From the human T2T-CHM13v2.0 reference genome, Homo sapiens: 64,000 bases of DNA. Shown in pieces: positions 61,280-64,000 of the stretch; the stretch's first letter is position 1; each line of letters opens with the position of its first letter. The notes below the pieces were generated by a model. That model saw only the letters and a list, made by a program, of their open reading frames with translations, ran no database searches and was not told the DNA's origin. The DNA is taken from the NCBI RefSeq assembly GCF_009914755.1, contig NC_060939.1; one strand, written 5' to 3'. Made by a program: the position numbers and the translations under genes.

Positions 61280-62910
61280 TTTTCTGATAAAATTATATAA
61301 CTATATTTAATTTGTACAATGTAATGATTTGATATACATATACATTTTGAAACAAAATGTCAAGTTGATGAACACATTTATTACCTCACATAGATAACCA
61401 TTTTTTTTTTGTCACAAGAACACTTGAGGTCTACTGTTGTAGCAAATTGTAAGCATACTTTACAGTATTACTATAAAGACAATGCTATTTTGCTAATCTA
61501 ATGCTAATGTACATTAGCTTTCTCAGACTTACTCAACTTACAACTAATCATTTGTACTCTTTGAACAGCATCTCCTCATATTCCCACCCTCAGGCACTAA
61601 CAACCACCATTCTACTCTCTGTTCCTATGAGTTTACATTTTTAGATTCCTCATCTAACTGAGAACATGCAGTTTCTTTGTGTTTGGCTTATTTCACTTAG
61701 CGTAATGTCTTCAAGGTCTATCAATGCTGTAAATGGCTAGATTTCCTTCTCTTTTATGGCTGAATAGTATTCTACTGTGTGTGTATATATATAAATTTTT
61801 TTGGCTATTTTAAGCAAAACTAAAATGAACATGGGGCTGAAGATTGTTCTTTGAGGTACTAATTTTATTTCCTTTGGTAGTATTCCCAGAGGTGGTATTG
61901 CTGAATTATGTGATACTTTCATTTTTATTTTTTACTGATTTGTATGATGACTTTATCAATTTATATCTCACTAGTGGCATACAGGATTTCCCTTGTATGT
62001 ATGTCTTCTTTGTGGGAAAAACAAAACTAACCTTTTGCCTATTTTTGAATAGGTTATCATCATTATTGTTTTGCTTTGAATTGCAGAAGTTTCTTACACA
62101 TTTTGGATATTAACTATCAGATATATGGCTTGCAAATATTTTTCTATTGTGTAGGATTTTTTAAAATTTTGGTTTTTTCCTTTACTGTACAGAAGCTGTA
62201 CACTTTGATGCAGTCCCACTCTTTTGTATTTTCTTCTGTTGCTGTGTTTTTGATGACATACCAAATTGCCAAGACCAATATCAACAAGGTTTTTCCATAT
62301 GTTTTATTCAGGAGTTTTAAGCTTTTATGTCTTACATTTAAGTCTTTTATTTTGAGTTAATTTTGGGGTATGGTATAAGAAAATTTTATTTATGGTATAG
62401 TCTAATTTTATTCTTTTGCTTGTGGATATCCAGTTTTTCTGGTACCATGTATTGACAAGACTATACTTTCTGCATTGTATATTATTGGTGGCCTTGTCAA
62501 AGATTAGTTGACCTTGTATGCATGAATATGTTTCTGGGCTCCCTATTCTGTTGCATTGGTTTTTGTATCTGTTTTTATGCACATACTATACTCTTTTGAT
62601 TACCATGACCTTTAAGTAAAGTTTGAAATTAGAAAGTATGATGTCCCCAGCCTTGTTCTTTCTCAAGATTGCTCAGGTTATTTTAAGTTATTTAAGATAA
62701 CACTTAAATTTTACAATTGTGTTTTCTATTACTGTGAAAAATGCCACTCAAATTTTGATAGGGATGACATTGAATCTCCATATCACTTTGGATAATATTC
62801 CTTGACAATATTAGTTATCCTAATGGAATATGTTTTCATTTATTTTTACCTACTTCAATTTCTGTCATCAATATCTTAACTGTGTTAGTGTATACATTTT
62901 TATCTCATCC
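61280..62910 (-). mobile_element. Old L1M fragment (3'UTR and ORF2 tail)
   Basis: Degenerate ORF2 (QLIFDKATNNIQCRKYSLVNTWYQKNW) on the minus strand. Confidence 0.8.
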
Positions 62911-62922
62911 TTTACATTTTAA

Positions 62923-63276
<354 letters not shown>

Positions 63277-63863
63277 AGTTTATAGAAACTGTTAAGAGTT
63301 GTTAGATCCTTCAAATATACAGACATGGGGCTGTTTCAGGGACCAAAGCTGAGGCCAAGATCCACAAGCATGCCTCCAGGGCCACAGCTTCTACCTTAAC
63401 ATATTACTGAAAGTTTGTATCAGAACAATTAGACAAGGAAAATAACAAAGCTTTCCAGCTTGGAATAAAAGTAAAAATGTTACTGTTTGTAGATAATATA
63501 ATTATGCGTATATACAAAACCCTAGAGTGAAACAACAAAAACTGAACTAATAAATGCATTCATTAAGGTATCAGGATACATGACCAACATAAAAATACTT
63601 GTGGGGTTTTTTTGTTTGTTTGAGATAGGGTCTCACTCTGTTGCCCAGGCTCATCTCAAACTCCTGTGCTCAAGTGATCCACCTTCCTTGGCCTCTAGCC
63701 TCTGAAAGTGTGCAGGGACTACAGAAATGAGGCACTGCACCTGACCCTACATACAAATATTTGTTGCATTTCCATATAGTAACAACAAACTTTCCAAAAA
63801 AGAGAGAAAGTTTCCAATTGCAATAGTATAAAAATAAGGAACTTAATCAAAATAAATGTAAAG

Positions 63864-63960
63864 TGACCGAGCATAGTGGCTCACACCTGTAATGCCAGCA
63901 CATTGGGATGCCAAGGTGGGGAGATCACTTGAGGCCAGGAGTTCCAGACTAGCCTGGCCA
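63864..63960 (+). mobile_element. Alu left-arm 5' piece in sense orientation
   Basis: GACCGAGCATAGTGGCTCACACCTGTAAT...AGCCTGGCCA, ending abruptly. Confidence 0.85.
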
Positions 63961-64000
63961 TTGTGTCACAAGGGTGCTGCTAGGTCTGTTGTTTAAATGG

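Overview
Human chromosome end, most likely the 4p telomere (inferred from a ZNF595-type KRAB N-terminus about 50 kb inward). From the tip: a (CCCTAA)n telomere with a variant-repeat zone (1-3264) and a TAR1/TERRA promoter CpG island with 29-, ~37- and ~61-bp repeats (3265-5625). Next is a transposon-dense subtelomere holding an internally deleted two-LTR HERV-K(HML-2) type 2 provirus (12212-19499), a degenerate internal telomere tract (~22.7 kb), several L1PA and Alu copies, a second HML-2 LTR with a ~270-bp flanking duplication, an Alu-tail GAA expansion and a BNIP3 processed pseudogene. The window ends with the promoter and first three exons of ZNF595; the zinc-finger exon is not in the window. 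I found no new self-contained gene system. The best leads are a Val-Arg dipeptide frame on the TERRA strand that the common variant repeats preserve and that has in-frame AUGs, plus several rearrangement scars: an L1 3' transduction, a giant target duplication, apparent L1-L1 and LTR-LTR conversion, an Alu-splitting inversion with a templated insertion, and a CpG-decayed duplicate of ZNF595 intron 1. Repeat subfamily names are from recognition, not from a database search.
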